A program made the translations under genes and the position numbers. A DNA stretch of 64,000 nt, taken from positions 9,867 to 73,866 of the forward strand of contig JBJDXJ010000063.1 in the NCBI GenBank assembly GCA_051866635.1, written 5' to 3'. Positions 47,363 through 58,056 of the stretch are shown here, in pieces. This DNA comes from Clostridia bacterium (GTDB lineage Bacteria; Bacillota; Clostridia; UMGS1883). The notes under the pieces are model-generated. The model made no database searches. It was not told the origin of the DNA and was given only the letters and a program-made list of their open reading frames with translations. Every line of letters starts with the position of its first letter. The stretch's first letter is position 1.

Positions 47363-48832
47363 ATATACAGGTACTAATCTATTCTCCTCCAATGCATAGC
47401 CTGTTATATCGCCCAAATCATACCATTCAACGTTAAACTTTTTTGTATATGCAGTCATATAGAAGGAATACTCTTTTGAAAACATATCTCCTTCGCAGAG
47501 ATAAAAGCCTGTTTCCTCATCGTATTTTATACACCATGCAATACAATAATTAAAATTATTGTAAAACTGATGCTCGATAACCCCGATGCATCCTTCGTTA
47601 AGCCCTATCAACAGCTCGGGCACATCGTCATAGTCCATATCACAACAGATTATATCGGCGTTTTTTCTGTCTGGCGGATTAAAAAGGCTGTAATCGTACT
47701 GCCCATTGTAGGCAAATTCACCTGTGAAATCGTGTCCGTAGTCATCATTAAGATAAACCTTAAGTTTGCCGTCTGAAAGGGTTATGTCGGCATTGACCAA
47801 AGTATTGTTTTCTCCCAGCTTTATTTTGCCTTTTTTATTTCCGTCCTCTAAAAACAGCAGATGGTCCCAGGGCTTGTACATTGAAAAAATCGCCACATGA
47901 TTATATGTAGGGTATTTGCTGTACTCCTCCATTTTGCTGTCAGATGCAAATCCGGTAAAATATGTATCTTCATCTAATGTGATTTCCGCTTCTGTATCTT
48001 TTTCATCTATTTCGGCAGTTATGCTATTGGAAGGTTTCTCCATATAGAGGGCATTATCCGTTGGGTTTGTGGGCTGTTTTTTGTCAAAGGCGGCGTTACT
48101 TTTTCCATTTATCAGACAAATGCAGGCAACAAGTGCCAAAAGGGCAGATGCGGCACATATTGCAGGAGGTATTATACGGCAAAATATTATTGCACGATGT
48201 AAGGCTTTAACGTTTTTATACCGCTGGGACGGGTCAAGCCGCTTGCATTTTTCCGATATTTTGTGCAAACAACCCTTTATACCTAAGTAATCCAATACAG
48301 CCTGTATTGTTGCACCAAAGGCATATATATCTGTTTTAAAATCTGTGGGCATCATGCCGTACTGTTCAATAGGGGCATAACCGAAGGTGCCCATTTTTTC
48401 GGTATCTTGCCGTATTTCAGACCTGTAAATGCGGGCAATATCGTAATCAATCAACCATATGTGATTTGACGCATCAACAAGTATATTGTCGGGCTTAATA
48501 TCTCTGTGGATAATATTTTGACTGTGTAGGACTGCTAATGCATCTGTCAATTGTAGCATAATGGAGCGTATTTCTTTTTTTGTGAACTTACGACCTTCCT
48601 CCATAAGTGTTGATAAGGACTTGCCTTCAATATATTCCTCAACAACAACTGTTTTATCGCCAAATTCCACAGAGAAAATCTTTGGTATGTTGGGGCTTGA
48701 AATTTTTTGAAGGTTTTTGTAAATTTCACGCTTGTCCCCTTCTATTTCCCTTTTGAGATATTTTTTGCCGTTATCTGTACAGAGAACAATTTTCTGCCTG
48801 TCATTTTGTTTTAAAATCTCACATTCTTTCAA
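47360..48832 (-). CDS. Hanks-type serine/threonine protein kinase with TM helix and extracellular domain
   Basis: HRDIKPDNILV catalytic loop, DYDIARIY (DFG-equivalent), GTFGYAPIE activation segment. Transmembrane segment (IIPPAICAASALLALVACICLI). No PASTA repeats. Confidence 0.85.
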   Translation of the reverse strand: MKECEILKQNDRQKIVLCTDNGKKYLKREIEGDKREIYKNLQKISSPNIPKIFSVEFGDKTVVVEEYIEGKSLSTLMEEGRKFTKKEIRSIMLQLTDALAVLHSQNIIHRDIKPDNILVDASNHIWLIDYDIARIYRSEIRQDTEKMGTFGYAPIEQYGMMPTDFKTDIYAFGATIQAVLDYLGIKGCLHKISEKCKRLDPSQRYKNVKALHRAIIFCRIIPPAICAASALLALVACICLINGKSNAAFDKKQPTNPTDNALYMEKPSNSITAEIDEKDTEAEITLDEDTYFTGFASDSKMEEYSKYPTYNHVAIFSMYKPWDHLLFLEDGNKKGKIKLGENNTLVNADITLSDGKLKVYLNDDYGHDFTGEFAYNGQYDYSLFNPPDRKNADIICCDMDYDDVPELLIGLNEGCIGVIEHQFYNNFNYCIAWCIKYDEETGFYLCEGDMFSKEYSFYMTAYTKKFNVEWYDLGDITGYALEENRLVPVY

Positions 48833-48903
48833 TCAAATCCCTCCTTGCAAAATGTTACAATTTGTATTATCATAATTATATTAAATTTAAGGAGTGTTTG
48901 TCA

Positions 48904-49326
48904 ATGGCTTCAATTACGGAAGAACTGTTAACCGAATTAAAAAACGCCTCTGATTTACAAAGCTTTTTTAAAAAGCACGAAAATGACTTTATCGAAAAGA
49001 GCCTTGATGTTTATTTAAACGAGTTTTTAGCCGCAAAAGGGATAAGCATTTCGGACATTATAAAATCATCCGGTGCAGGGGAATATGCTTACAAAATATT
49101 TAAAGGGGAAAGAAAGCCCTCGAGAGATATTCTCATATCAATAGCATTCGGTATGGGGCTTTCTTTGCAGGAAACACAACTTATGCTACGCATTGCAAAA
49201 TTTGCTGTTTTAGACCCCAGGGATAAACGTGACGGAGTTATAATATATGCATTAACCCACAATATGACAGTATTTGAGGCTGACGATGTTTTAGACGAAA
49301 ACAATTTCACCACAATTAACAGTTAA
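48904..49326 (+). CDS. Helix-turn-helix domain protein (XRE-like)
   Basis: ISISDIIKSSGAGEYAYKIFKGERKPSRDILISIAFGMGLS HTH. AAGGAG RBS. The track start 48862 lies upstream of the RBS. Confidence 0.6.
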   Translation: MASITEELLTELKNASDLQSFFKKHENDFIEKSLDVYLNEFLAAKGISISDIIKSSGAGEYAYKIFKGERKPSRDILISIAFGMGLSLQETQLMLRIAKFAVLDPRDKRDGVIIYALTHNMTVFEADDVLDENNFTTINS

Positions 49327-49395
49327 CTTAAGAAGGGGTTGGATTTAATAAAACTTTCCTTATCTAAGTGCATTTCTTAATGCTCAACTTTTTTT

Positions 49396-49438
49396 ATAAT
49401 AATGGGGTCAGGCTTGTCACCTGACCCCATTATTACAG
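49396..49438. terminator. 15-bp perfect inverted repeat (AATAATGGGGTCAGG...CCTGACCCCATTATT), putative bidirectional terminator
   Basis: Lies between convergent genes 48904..49326 (+) and 49467..50807 (-). The T-run precedes rather than follows it on the plus strand. Confidence 0.45.
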
Positions 49439-49466
49439 AACGGTTTTTCTTCGTATAAATACACTT

Positions 49467-50807
49467 TTAATTTTTCAAACTCTGCAAAGGTGCCGGAATT
49501 CTGCCGCCACGGGCAATAAATTCACTGCAGGACTTATTGTTAACACTCATAACGGGACCTGAACCTAAAAGTCCTCCGAATTCAACCACATCCCCAACCT
49601 TCTTACCCTTGGCAGGGATAACTCTTACGGCTGTTGTTTTACTGTTAACCATACCGATTGCGGCTTCATCTGCAATAATACCGGAAATTGTTTCTGCCGT
49701 TGTGTCCCCCGGCACTGCAATCATATCAAGACCTACAGAACACACACAAGTCATTGCTTCAAGTTTTTCAAGAGTTAAGCACCCTGACTTTACAGCGGAA
49801 ATCATACCTGCATCTTCGCTTACGGGAATAAATGCACCCGACAAACCGCCAACGTAACTGGATGCCATAACACCGCCCTTTTTAACGGCATCGTTAAGCA
49901 GAGCAAGTGCGGCAGTAGTGCCGTGTGTACCGCACTGTTCCAAGCCCATTTCCTCAAGAATGTATGCAACAGAGTCACCTACCGCAGGGGTGGGAGCCAA
50001 TGAAAGGTCCACAATACCGAAGGGGACATTCAATCTCTTTGATGCTTCTACAGCCACCATCTGACCCATTCTTGTTATTTTGAAGGCCGTTTTTTTCACA
50101 GTGTCAGCCACAACGCCGAAGGGCTGACCCTTTACCTTTTCCAAAGCACATTTTACAACGCCGGGACCTGATACGCCCACATTGATTACACATTCCCCTT
50201 CACCTGTGCCGTGGAAAGCACCTGCCATAAAGGGATTATCTTCAACTGCATTTGCAAACACAACAAGCTTTGCACAAGCCATATCATCCAATTCTGAGGC
50301 TTTTTTTATAACCTGACCCATCTGTCTTACAGCATCCATATTGATGCCTGCTTTTGTGCTTGCCACATTAACAGATGAACACATTTTACTTGTTTCTGCC
50401 AAGGCTTCGGGAATAGAGTCCACAAACAAGCGGTCAGAATCAGTATAGCCCTTTGCCACCAGTGCGGAGTAGCCGCCTATAAAGTTTACGCCTGTAGTTT
50501 CTGCCGCACGGTCAAGTGCCTTTGCAAACTCCACATAATGACCACAGCTTGATGCCACATGTGATATGGGAGTTACGGAAATACGCTTATTAATAATGGG
50601 AATACCGAATTCCTTTTCAATATCCACACCTGTTTTTACAAGATTTTCTGCGTATTTTGTTATTTTATCATACACTTTCACCGTTGCTTTTTTGTAGTCC
50701 TCACAGGCACAATCCAAAAGTGATATACCCATGGTGATGGTGCGGACATCAAGATGCTCGGCATTTATCATGTTCAGTGTTTCATAAATTTCAAGATTAT
50801 TTATCAT
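49467..50807 (-). CDS. UPF0210 (PFL-like, DUF711) family protein
   Basis: [33 protein letters not shown] characteristic N-terminus, about 446 aa, paired with the UPF0237 ACT protein upstream. Confidence 0.85.
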   Translation of the reverse strand: MINNLEIYETLNMINAEHLDVRTITMGISLLDCACEDYKKATVKVYDKITKYAENLVKTGVDIEKEFGIPIINKRISVTPISHVASSCGHYVEFAKALDRAAETTGVNFIGGYSALVAKGYTDSDRLFVDSIPEALAETSKMCSSVNVASTKAGINMDAVRQMGQVIKKASELDDMACAKLVVFANAVEDNPFMAGAFHGTGEGECVINVGVSGPGVVKCALEKVKGQPFGVVADTVKKTAFKITRMGQMVAVEASKRLNVPFGIVDLSLAPTPAVGDSVAYILEEMGLEQCGTHGTTAALALLNDAVKKGGVMASSYVGGLSGAFIPVSEDAGMISAVKSGCLTLEKLEAMTCVCSVGLDMIAVPGDTTAETISGIIADEAAIGMVNSKTTAVRVIPAKGKKVGDVVEFGGLLGSGPVMSVNNKSCSEFIARGGRIPAPLQSLKN

Positions 50808-50818
50808 AGGGGTACCTC

Positions 50819-51088
50819 TTATATTCTGTGCATAGATTCAAAGGTCTGCTTTCTCTGAATGGTAATCTGTACGCCGATTTCCTCACCGAGAGAAGTAAGC
50901 TCCTGACGTAATAAGTCAAAGTCTACATTACATTCCTTTGTGTCCACCATGGCTGTCATAACGAAAATATCTTCCATAATTGTCTGGGATATATCGATAA
51001 TATTTACATCTCTTTCGTATAAAACGGTACTTACCTTAGAAATAATACCTTTTTTGTCCTTGCCTATTACTGCAACAACTGCTTTCAT
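50819..51088 (-). CDS. ACT domain protein UPF0237
   Basis: 89 aa, [23 protein letters not shown], conserved partner of UPF0210. Confidence 0.85.
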   Translation of the reverse strand: MKAVVAVIGKDKKGIISKVSTVLYERDVNIIDISQTIMEDIFVMTAMVDTKECNVDFDLLRQELTSLGEEIGVQITIQRKQTFESMHRI

Positions 51089-51102
51089 AACTTCAATCCT
51101 TT

Positions 51103-51837
51103 CTAACGCTGCTTCATAGCTTCATAAATCATTAATGCACCTGCTACGGAAGCATTAAGACTGTTAACATTTCCCTTCATTGGTATGCTCACCAAAAAGT
51201 CACATTTTGAGGCGGTAAGTCTGCTTATTCCCTTATCCTCGCCGCCTATAACAAGTGCAACTGCACCTTTGAAGTCCGCTTCGTAAATGCTTCTGTCACC
51301 TTTGGCATCAGCACCTGTAACCCACACGCCCTGTTCCTTTAAATAATCAATGGTCTGAGCTATATTAGAAACCCTTGCCACGGGGGTAAAACTTGCCGCA
51401 CCTGCGGAGGCCTTAACGGCAGAAGCGGTTAAGGTTACACCGTCGTGCTTTGAAATAATCAAGCCGTGAACACCGGCACAGTTGGCTGTACGTATAATTG
51501 AGCCTAAGTTGTGGGGGTCCTCCAAGTGATCCAGAATTACGATAAATGGAGCTTCACCCTTTTCTTTGGCAATGTTTAAAATATCGTCAACCGTTTTGTA
51601 TTCATAAGGCGGTATTCGTGCAATAACGCCCTGATGCACACCTGTTTCACTCATGGAATCAAGTTTTTTATTATCCACTTCAACTACCTGTATTCCCTTA
51701 TCCCTTGCCATTGCGATAATCTGCGTAAGGCTTCCTTTGTTTTCGCCACGCTTAACGTATATCTTATCTATCTGCCGTCCGCTTCTTATAGCCGCAGACA
51801 CGGCATTTCTTCCTTCAATTACATCTTCATACATCAA
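51103..51837 (-). CDS. rlmB: SpoU/TrmH-family 23S rRNA (guanosine-2'-O)-methyltransferase
   Basis: N-terminal substrate-binding region plus SPOUT domain (HNLGSIIRTA...VIGGEDKG...SLN). 4-bp overlap with the upstream gene. Confidence 0.8.
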   Translation of the reverse strand: MMYEDVIEGRNAVSAAIRSGRQIDKIYVKRGENKGSLTQIIAMARDKGIQVVEVDNKKLDSMSETGVHQGVIARIPPYEYKTVDDILNIAKEKGEAPFIVILDHLEDPHNLGSIIRTANCAGVHGLIISKHDGVTLTASAVKASAGAASFTPVARVSNIAQTIDYLKEQGVWVTGADAKGDRSIYEADFKGAVALVIGGEDKGISRLTASKCDFLVSIPMKGNVNSLNASVAGALMIYEAMKQR

Positions 51838-54299
51838 CTAACCCTGCCTTTCGTCTTAATGTATTCACAAAATCCGTTTATTACACAAGATAGAATGGCT
51901 AACAGTATTGCCATAAGTATATTGTCATTTGTGAACACACCGAAAAGTCCTAAGAATGATACAAAGTATACTAAAACTGCAACTATGCCCAGGATAATAA
52001 CACCTATCAAACCGCTTTTTCCCTTTTCTAAATTTCCGTTCCATGCACATCTTCTTATTGCTTCAAAAATTGCATAGTAAACAAAGAACATCATGGCAGT
52101 TCCCACGCTTCCTGCACTTAGGGCAATAAGGCACAAAAGTGCACCGATAAAGCCAAAAAGCATACATTCATATGCGGTATTTTTCTGACTATGTGGTTTA
52201 ATACAACCGCCTGCAAAAAGTGACACCACCAAACAGGGAACAAATGCCACAAACAGGTTTAATAAAAGTGTTGCGATTGTGGGTATATTGAAATAAATCC
52301 CCGTAAAGAGCATATACAACATAACGAGAACTTCACAAAGCCCAACGCCCACTGCAATAAAAGATGAACAAGTCATATTGGACCTTATTGTTCTTACGAA
52401 GGAAATAACATTGCCAACGGAAGTAATATCCTTATTTTCGGTAACTACATCCCCATCTTCACCGAAAGTAACAGATGAATAAATAGAAACACCGCCATCG
52501 GACATTTCGTCACCGGCAACCGCAACAGTTTTTGAGTTTGCCCCAAGAACACGGACCAGTTTTTCTCTGTCTTCCTTGGAAGCTGAGGAAAATACACTGT
52601 ATTTATCGCACGCTGACAAAAGTTCTCTGTCAGTAGCATCGCTAAGCTCTCTGAAGCTTATACATTCATCTTCGCTTTTTATAATGCCCGCCTGTCTTGC
52701 CAGTGTTGCGGCAGTTATGGTAAGGTCACCCGTCACCATAATAGGCTTTACATGGACCTTTTTTAATTTTGACACAGTTTCCCTTGCCTTTGATACAACC
52801 ATTTCCCTGTATCCCATAAGACCTACGAAAATCAAATCCTTAATCTCACTTTCAATATCATCAGGCAATTGGGTAAGGTCCTTATATGCAACAGCACGCA
52901 CCTTAAGACCTTTTTCAGCCATTGAAGATGATGCATGTTCAATACGGTGCAATACTTCACCGTTCATATCCATTGTATTTTCACCGTCTGTCAATTTAGT
53001 GCAAAGGGTGGGAACTACCTCAATAGACCCTTTTACAATAAGTCTGTAGCCATCGTCCCACTTGACAATAACAGCCATAAGTTTTCTTGCCTCGTCAAAG
53101 GGCACATAATGGATTTTAGGATTGTCCTCAATAAGCTTTTTAACATCGCGACCTTTATTTATAAGATAATCGGCAGTTGCCGTATCTATACTGTTGCCTT
53201 TTACAACGCCTGATGAAAATTCACAGTCACTGCATATAACAGCCATATCCAATGCTTCAATATTTGGTATAAGGGTTTCCTCAAGGTCCATCTTTTCGTC
53301 TGTGAGCATACCGCCCTTGTCAAAAAGGAAATACTCAACTTCGCCCAAGGAGGAAAGGATATTTTCATCGGTAACTTTTACATTTTCTTTGCGTAGCTTA
53401 TTTGAGGCATACTTCATTGCAAGATGCCTTACAAAAGAAACTGCCGCAGGGATTAGACACAAGGATATTGTACAAGCAGTTATCATAGCCCGTTTAACGT
53501 CTTTAGTTTTCAAAGATACAAAAATTATAACTGCTATGGCACAAAGCATAGATACCAACAAAAGAAGCTTTTCACTGTAGTCATTTTTTGCAAACTTGTT
53601 ATGCATATCAAGCTTATGTGCTTCCTTTGATGCAGTTTTTGCAAGCAAAGTGTCCTTTCCTGTTGCAATTACTGTTGCTCTGGCACTGCCTCGTGCAATG
53701 CTTGTGCCGCAATAAAGTATGTTATCACATTCAAAGCCTTCGGCTTCGTAATCCATTTTTTCGCTTTTCTTTTCTACAGGCACACTTCTGTTCCGAAGAA
53801 AAGATTCGTCAGCCTTTAAGTTTTCGCACCAAAGAACACGAAGGTCACAGGGCACAAAGTCCCCTTCTTCAAGTACAACCACATCGCCACGGACCAAAAG
53901 AGTGGGGTCACTTTCCATAAGATTTCCGTCACGGATAATCTTTACATTTTCACGCCTTTTTCTGTCAAAAACCTCTGCAATTTTTCTTTCCCTATTATCA
54001 CGCAAAAAGCCGCTTACCATATTAGATAGGGCAACGGCAAAAAACAGAATCCACGCACCCATGCCACTTTTAAAGTCGCACAGTAAAGTGATAATTCCCA
54101 TAGCAATAAATGCTAACGTATATAAATTTTTAAATTGCATCAAAACGACTGTTAATGCTCTCTTGCTATAGGTTTTCTCAGGATTGTTTCTGCCTAAATC
54201 CAACAACCTGTCATGTGCAGTGAAGGAGGTTAATCCTTCACTGACACTTGTAGCAAGTTCAATTTCAATTTCACGTTCAGTCATAACGGAGTAATTCAT
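51834..54299 (-). CDS. P-type ATPase homologue with degenerate catalytic motifs (likely non-canonical or inactive)
   Basis: Overall 10-TM P-type topology and TGD (MVTGDL). The phosphorylation motif reads FDKGGMLT instead of DKTGT. The actuator TGES position reads RNRS. The hinge reads GDEMSDGG instead of GDGxND. Confidence 0.7.
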   Translation of the reverse strand: MNYSVMTEREIEIELATSVSEGLTSFTAHDRLLDLGRNNPEKTYSKRALTVVLMQFKNLYTLAFIAMGIITLLCDFKSGMGAWILFFAVALSNMVSGFLRDNRERKIAEVFDRKRRENVKIIRDGNLMESDPTLLVRGDVVVLEEGDFVPCDLRVLWCENLKADESFLRNRSVPVEKKSEKMDYEAEGFECDNILYCGTSIARGSARATVIATGKDTLLAKTASKEAHKLDMHNKFAKNDYSEKLLLLVSMLCAIAVIIFVSLKTKDVKRAMITACTISLCLIPAAVSFVRHLAMKYASNKLRKENVKVTDENILSSLGEVEYFLFDKGGMLTDEKMDLEETLIPNIEALDMAVICSDCEFSSGVVKGNSIDTATADYLINKGRDVKKLIEDNPKIHYVPFDEARKLMAVIVKWDDGYRLIVKGSIEVVPTLCTKLTDGENTMDMNGEVLHRIEHASSSMAEKGLKVRAVAYKDLTQLPDDIESEIKDLIFVGLMGYREMVVSKARETVSKLKKVHVKPIMVTGDLTITAATLARQAGIIKSEDECISFRELSDATDRELLSACDKYSVFSSASKEDREKLVRVLGANSKTVAVAGDEMSDGGVSIYSSVTFGEDGDVVTENKDITSVGNVISFVRTIRSNMTCSSFIAVGVGLCEVLVMLYMLFTGIYFNIPTIATLLLNLFVAFVPCLVVSLFAGGCIKPHSQKNTAYECMLFGFIGALLCLIALSAGSVGTAMMFFVYYAIFEAIRRCAWNGNLEKGKSGLIGVIILGIVAVLVYFVSFLGLFGVFTNDNILMAILLAILSCVINGFCEYIKTKGRVS

Positions 54300-54324
54300 T
54301 TCTTATCCTCCTTATCGACTTAAA

Positions 54325-55536
54325 TTATTCACCAAGGTGAAACTTTTCGTGAATAGCTCTTACAGCCTTTTCTGCATATTCCTGTTCAATAAGAACACTG
54401 ATTTTGATTTCACTTGTAGAAATCATCTGTATGTTGATGTCCGCATTGTAAAGTGCCTCAAACATTGTAGCGGCAACACCGGGGTTAGAAACCATACCTG
54501 CACCTACAATAGATACCTTGGAAACATTGTCATAGTGAACAATGCTTTCAGCACCGATAATCCCGTTATTTTCCTCCAATACCTTCAATGCACCGTCAAG
54601 AGCATCTGCATCTACGGTAAAGCTGATATCCTTGCTTCCGTCACGGCCGATAGACTGAAGAATAATATCAACGCTTATCTTATTCTTTGCAAGAAGGCTG
54701 AACACCTGGAATGCCTTACCGGGAGTATCCTTCAATCCGCAAAGTGAAATTCTAGCAACATTATTATCACGTGCAACACCACGTACCAACATCTTTTCCA
54801 TATTTGTTTCCTCCTTAACTATTGTGCCGGGCTCTTTTACAAGGCTCGAAAGTACTTCAAGATTTACATTAAACTTCTTAGCAAGCTCAACTGAACGGTT
54901 ATGCAGAACATTTGCACCCAAAGAAGCAAGCTCAAGCATTTCATCATAGCTTATTGTATCAAGCTTTTTCGCATCCTTTACGATTCTGGGGTCACAGGTA
55001 AATACGCCTGTAACATCGGTATAAATCTGACAAAGGTCAGCACCCAATGCCGCCGCAATTGCAACAGCACTTGTGTCAGAGCCGCCTCTGCCCAATGTTG
55101 TGATATCGTCATATTTGTTTATGCCCTGGAAACCTGCCACAATAACAATATTTCTCTGGTCAAGTTCACGGCGAATTCTTTCACCTGTAACTCGTCTTAC
55201 TCTTGCCTTTGAGTAACTGCTGTCAGTAATCATGCCTGCCTGCCAGCCTGTAAGGGAAATAGCAGGTCTGCCAAGTTTCTGTATTGCCATGGCAAGAAGG
55301 CTCATTGAAATCTGTTCACCGGCAGAAAGGAGGGAGTCCATCTCTCTCTTTGATGCACGATCATTAATTTCTTTAGCCTTTTCAATCAAATCATCTGTTG
55401 TATCACCCTGAGCACTTACTACAACAACAACGTCATTGCCGTTGTCATAAGTCTCAACTACACGTGAAGCAACATTGAAAATTCTCTCAGCGTTTGCAAC
55501 GGAAGTTCCGCCGAACTTCTGAACTATAAGACTCAT
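54325..55536 (-). CDS. lysC: Aspartate kinase
   Basis: MSLIVQKFGGTSV start, amino-acid kinase fold, two C-terminal ACT domains. Confidence 0.93.
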   Translation of the reverse strand: MSLIVQKFGGTSVANAERIFNVASRVVETYDNGNDVVVVVSAQGDTTDDLIEKAKEINDRASKREMDSLLSAGEQISMSLLAMAIQKLGRPAISLTGWQAGMITDSSYSKARVRRVTGERIRRELDQRNIVIVAGFQGINKYDDITTLGRGGSDTSAVAIAAALGADLCQIYTDVTGVFTCDPRIVKDAKKLDTISYDEMLELASLGANVLHNRSVELAKKFNVNLEVLSSLVKEPGTIVKEETNMEKMLVRGVARDNNVARISLCGLKDTPGKAFQVFSLLAKNKISVDIILQSIGRDGSKDISFTVDADALDGALKVLEENNGIIGAESIVHYDNVSKVSIVGAGMVSNPGVAATMFEALYNADINIQMISTSEIKISVLIEQEYAEKAVRAIHEKFHLGE

Positions 55537-55551
55537 AATTTTCTCATTCCT

Positions 55552-56751
55552 TTACTTATATACTCTGATTTTTGATAATACATTGCCTATTTTATCTGCC
55601 TTTGCATCAAATTCCGCCTCAGAAATGTTTTCTGTTACAAAAGCACCCTTAATGCCTTCAATAAACTGTACTTCGCCGAAAACAGCCTTTATATCATCCT
55701 CACTTGACGTTGTTCGTACAAGGAATTTATTTTCTTCCTGCATCATATCGAAGAAAGCATCCTTATCCTCATTTGTCCAGGAGAAGTTTTTGTCAAAGCT
55801 GAATTTATTTCTGACAACATCCATCAAATCACCTACTACCGCACTTGCAGTTGCTTCTTTACCTGCACCTCTGCCGTACATCATAACGTCATCGACCATG
55901 TCGCCCGTAACAAGGATTGCGTTAAATACATCTCCTGCAGAATATAAGGGACAGCTTTTGGGAATAACCATAGGACAAACCCTTACTTTCACCTTTTTAT
56001 CTTCAATATTACTGTAACCTATAAGCTTTACGGCTGAGTCTAAAGCCTCTGCACATTTAACATCTTCTTCGGTTATATTTGTAATACCTTCACAGGGAAT
56101 TTTTTCATCATCAATTTCACAGCCTGTTACAAGGGATGTGAGAATTGAGATTTTACGCATTGTGTCAAAGCCACAAACATCTGCCGTGGGGTCTTTTTCG
56201 GCATAGCCAAGCTTTTGTGCATCGGCAAGTGCCTTGTCAAAGGACTGATTTTCGCTAAACATCTTTGTTAAGATATAATTTGTAGTACCGTTTATAATAC
56301 CGTATATCTTCTTTATATTATTTGCTCCAAGGCAATTTACCAAGGGTCGTATAATTGGAATACCGCCACCCACAGATGCTTCAAACATATATGAAACATT
56401 GTGCTTTTTAGCAAGACGGAAAAGCTCTGTACCCTTTTTTGAAACAAGCTCTTTATTACTTGTTACAACGCTTTTACCTGCCATAAGCATTTTCTTTGTA
56501 AATTCATACGCAAATGTTGCACCGCCCATAGTTTCAGCAACTAATTTTACTTCGGGGTCATTTGCAATAATGTCAGCATCCTTTACAAAAAGGTGCTTTT
56601 GGGGGTGATTGTCAAAGTCGCGTATATCTAAAATGTAGGCAACTTCTAACTTTTCACCAATCTTTTTTGTAATAGTCTCGGCATTTTTAGTAACGATATC
56701 ATAAACACCGCTACCCACAACGCCGTAGCCCATTATTGCCATTTTTGTCAT
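55552..56751 (-). CDS. hom: Homoserine dehydrogenase
   Basis: MAIMGYGVVGSG NAD-binding motif, catalytic domain, C-terminal ACT domain. Confidence 0.92.
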   Translation of the reverse strand: MTKMAIMGYGVVGSGVYDIVTKNAETITKKIGEKLEVAYILDIRDFDNHPQKHLFVKDADIIANDPEVKLVAETMGGATFAYEFTKKMLMAGKSVVTSNKELVSKKGTELFRLAKKHNVSYMFEASVGGGIPIIRPLVNCLGANNIKKIYGIINGTTNYILTKMFSENQSFDKALADAQKLGYAEKDPTADVCGFDTMRKISILTSLVTGCEIDDEKIPCEGITNITEEDVKCAEALDSAVKLIGYSNIEDKKVKVRVCPMVIPKSCPLYSAGDVFNAILVTGDMVDDVMMYGRGAGKEATASAVVGDLMDVVRNKFSFDKNFSWTNEDKDAFFDMMQEENKFLVRTTSSEDDIKAVFGEVQFIEGIKGAFVTENISEAEFDAKADKIGNVLSKIRVYK

Positions 56752-56793
56752 TGGTTATCCTCCTCAAACAAGGCTTATGCCATAAAATGCATT

Positions 56794-57231
56794 TTACTGT
56801 TTTGCCAGAATTTTCACACTTCTGACGCCTGCAATTTTGTTAATCTCGGTTATAAGCCTGTCAACGCTTGTTTTCATCAAATCGGTTTTCAAGGTAAAGT
56901 GAACATTTGCAACACCATCTGTAGGTACACTTTGATTAATTGTAAGAACAGAACAGTTTGCCGCGGATATGACTTTCAGCATTTCCGATAAAATACCCTT
57001 TAAATCAACAACAACTGCCATTATTGTAAGAACACCCTGCATCTGATTAAAGTCAAATACATGGTCCTTATACTTATAATATGCACTTCTGCTGATGCCT
57101 GTTTTTTCCACCGCTTCGTTAACGGTTTTAACCTCCTCTGACTCTAAAAGCCTTTTGGAAGTCAACACCTTTAAAAATACTTCGGGCAAAACTTTGGTAT
57201 CTACCAGAATAAATTCCCTTCCTTGGTCCAA
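56794..57231 (-). CDS. ACT domain protein (UPF0735, PheB-like) upstream of hom-lysC
   Basis: REFILVDTKVLPEVF N-terminus typical of UPF0735. Start proposed at an in-frame TTG 7 nt after a GGGAGGTG RBS; the track's ATG at 57252 lies upstream of that RBS. Confidence 0.6.
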   Translation of the reverse strand: MDQGREFILVDTKVLPEVFLKVLTSKRLLESEEVKTVNEAVEKTGISRSAYYKYKDHVFDFNQMQGVLTIMAVVVDLKGILSEMLKVISAANCSVLTINQSVPTDGVANVHFTLKTDLMKTSVDRLITEINKIAGVRSVKILAKQ

Positions 57232-57399
57232 AACTGTCCACCTCCCAAACACATTTGTTTTTACTATATTAACCTATATTTATTGATTTGTCAACAACAA
57301 ATATACATAAAGCAAAATATTTTTTCACTTTATATGCTTTTTTCGATATAGCGAAAAAAGCGTCCACAGCACAAGCCATGAACGCTTCTGTTTTCAATT

Positions 57400-57531
57400 T
57401 TATTCAGCGATTGTTGCTTCTGTAACGTCAGTAGGAATTTCTTCAATTTCAACTGCTTCATTTGAATTACAAGCTACGAGTGCTGCTACAGCAAGGATGA
57501 TAGCTACACCAAGTGTTAAAAATATCTTCAT
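57400..57531 (-). CDS. Small lipoprotein-like peptide (43 aa), absent from the ORF track
   Basis: MKIFLTLGVAIILAVAALVACNSNEAVEIEEIPTDVTEATIAE. GAAGGGAG RBS 8 nt upstream. Hairpin plus T-run downstream. Confidence 0.4.
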   Translation of the reverse strand: MKIFLTLGVAIILAVAALVACNSNEAVEIEEIPTDVTEATIAE

Positions 57532-57716
57532 AGTTACAACTCCCTTCAAAGTAAAAATCAACCTTATGCATTATAATAAATTCTTATAAGACTTGTCAAT
57601 ACTTTTAAAACAGATTTTTAAACTTTATGTAAATTATACTTAAAAACCAAAAAACTCTTTACTATCTTTGTTAAATATGTTATAATAGGGTCACGAATGT
57701 TAAGGAGGATATGATA

Positions 57717-58010
57717 ATGGCAAAAACGGTAAAGGCAAAAGATTGCCTCACATATAAGGATAAGCCTCTTATGCGCTCAGGGAACAAAATTTATTACGGC
57801 AACCCATCGGACCGCTACATTATTTTGTTCACCATTGAGTCTGTAAAGCAAGTGGAAGATTTGTCTGTTGCTGATAAGGTAACTATTGAACTTATGACAA
57901 ATTCCGGTAAGGAAAAGGAAAAGGTTTATAAAAAAGCTGTCAGAAGCGGTCTTTTCGAAGCATTGGACATTGCTGAATTCTGGCTTAGTGACGCATTGGC
58001 AAATGGTTAA
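57717..58010 (+). CDS. Small hypothetical protein
   Basis: MAKTVKAKDCLTYKDKPLMRSGNKIYYGNPSDRYIILFT... AGGAGGA RBS 7 nt upstream of this ATG. Confidence 0.45.
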   Translation: MAKTVKAKDCLTYKDKPLMRSGNKIYYGNPSDRYIILFTIESVKQVEDLSVADKVTIELMTNSGKEKEKVYKKAVRSGLFEALDIAEFWLSDALANG

Positions 58011-58056
58011 AAAAGTCGGGATAAAATCCCGACTTTTCTCTTATGCAGGTGATTTT

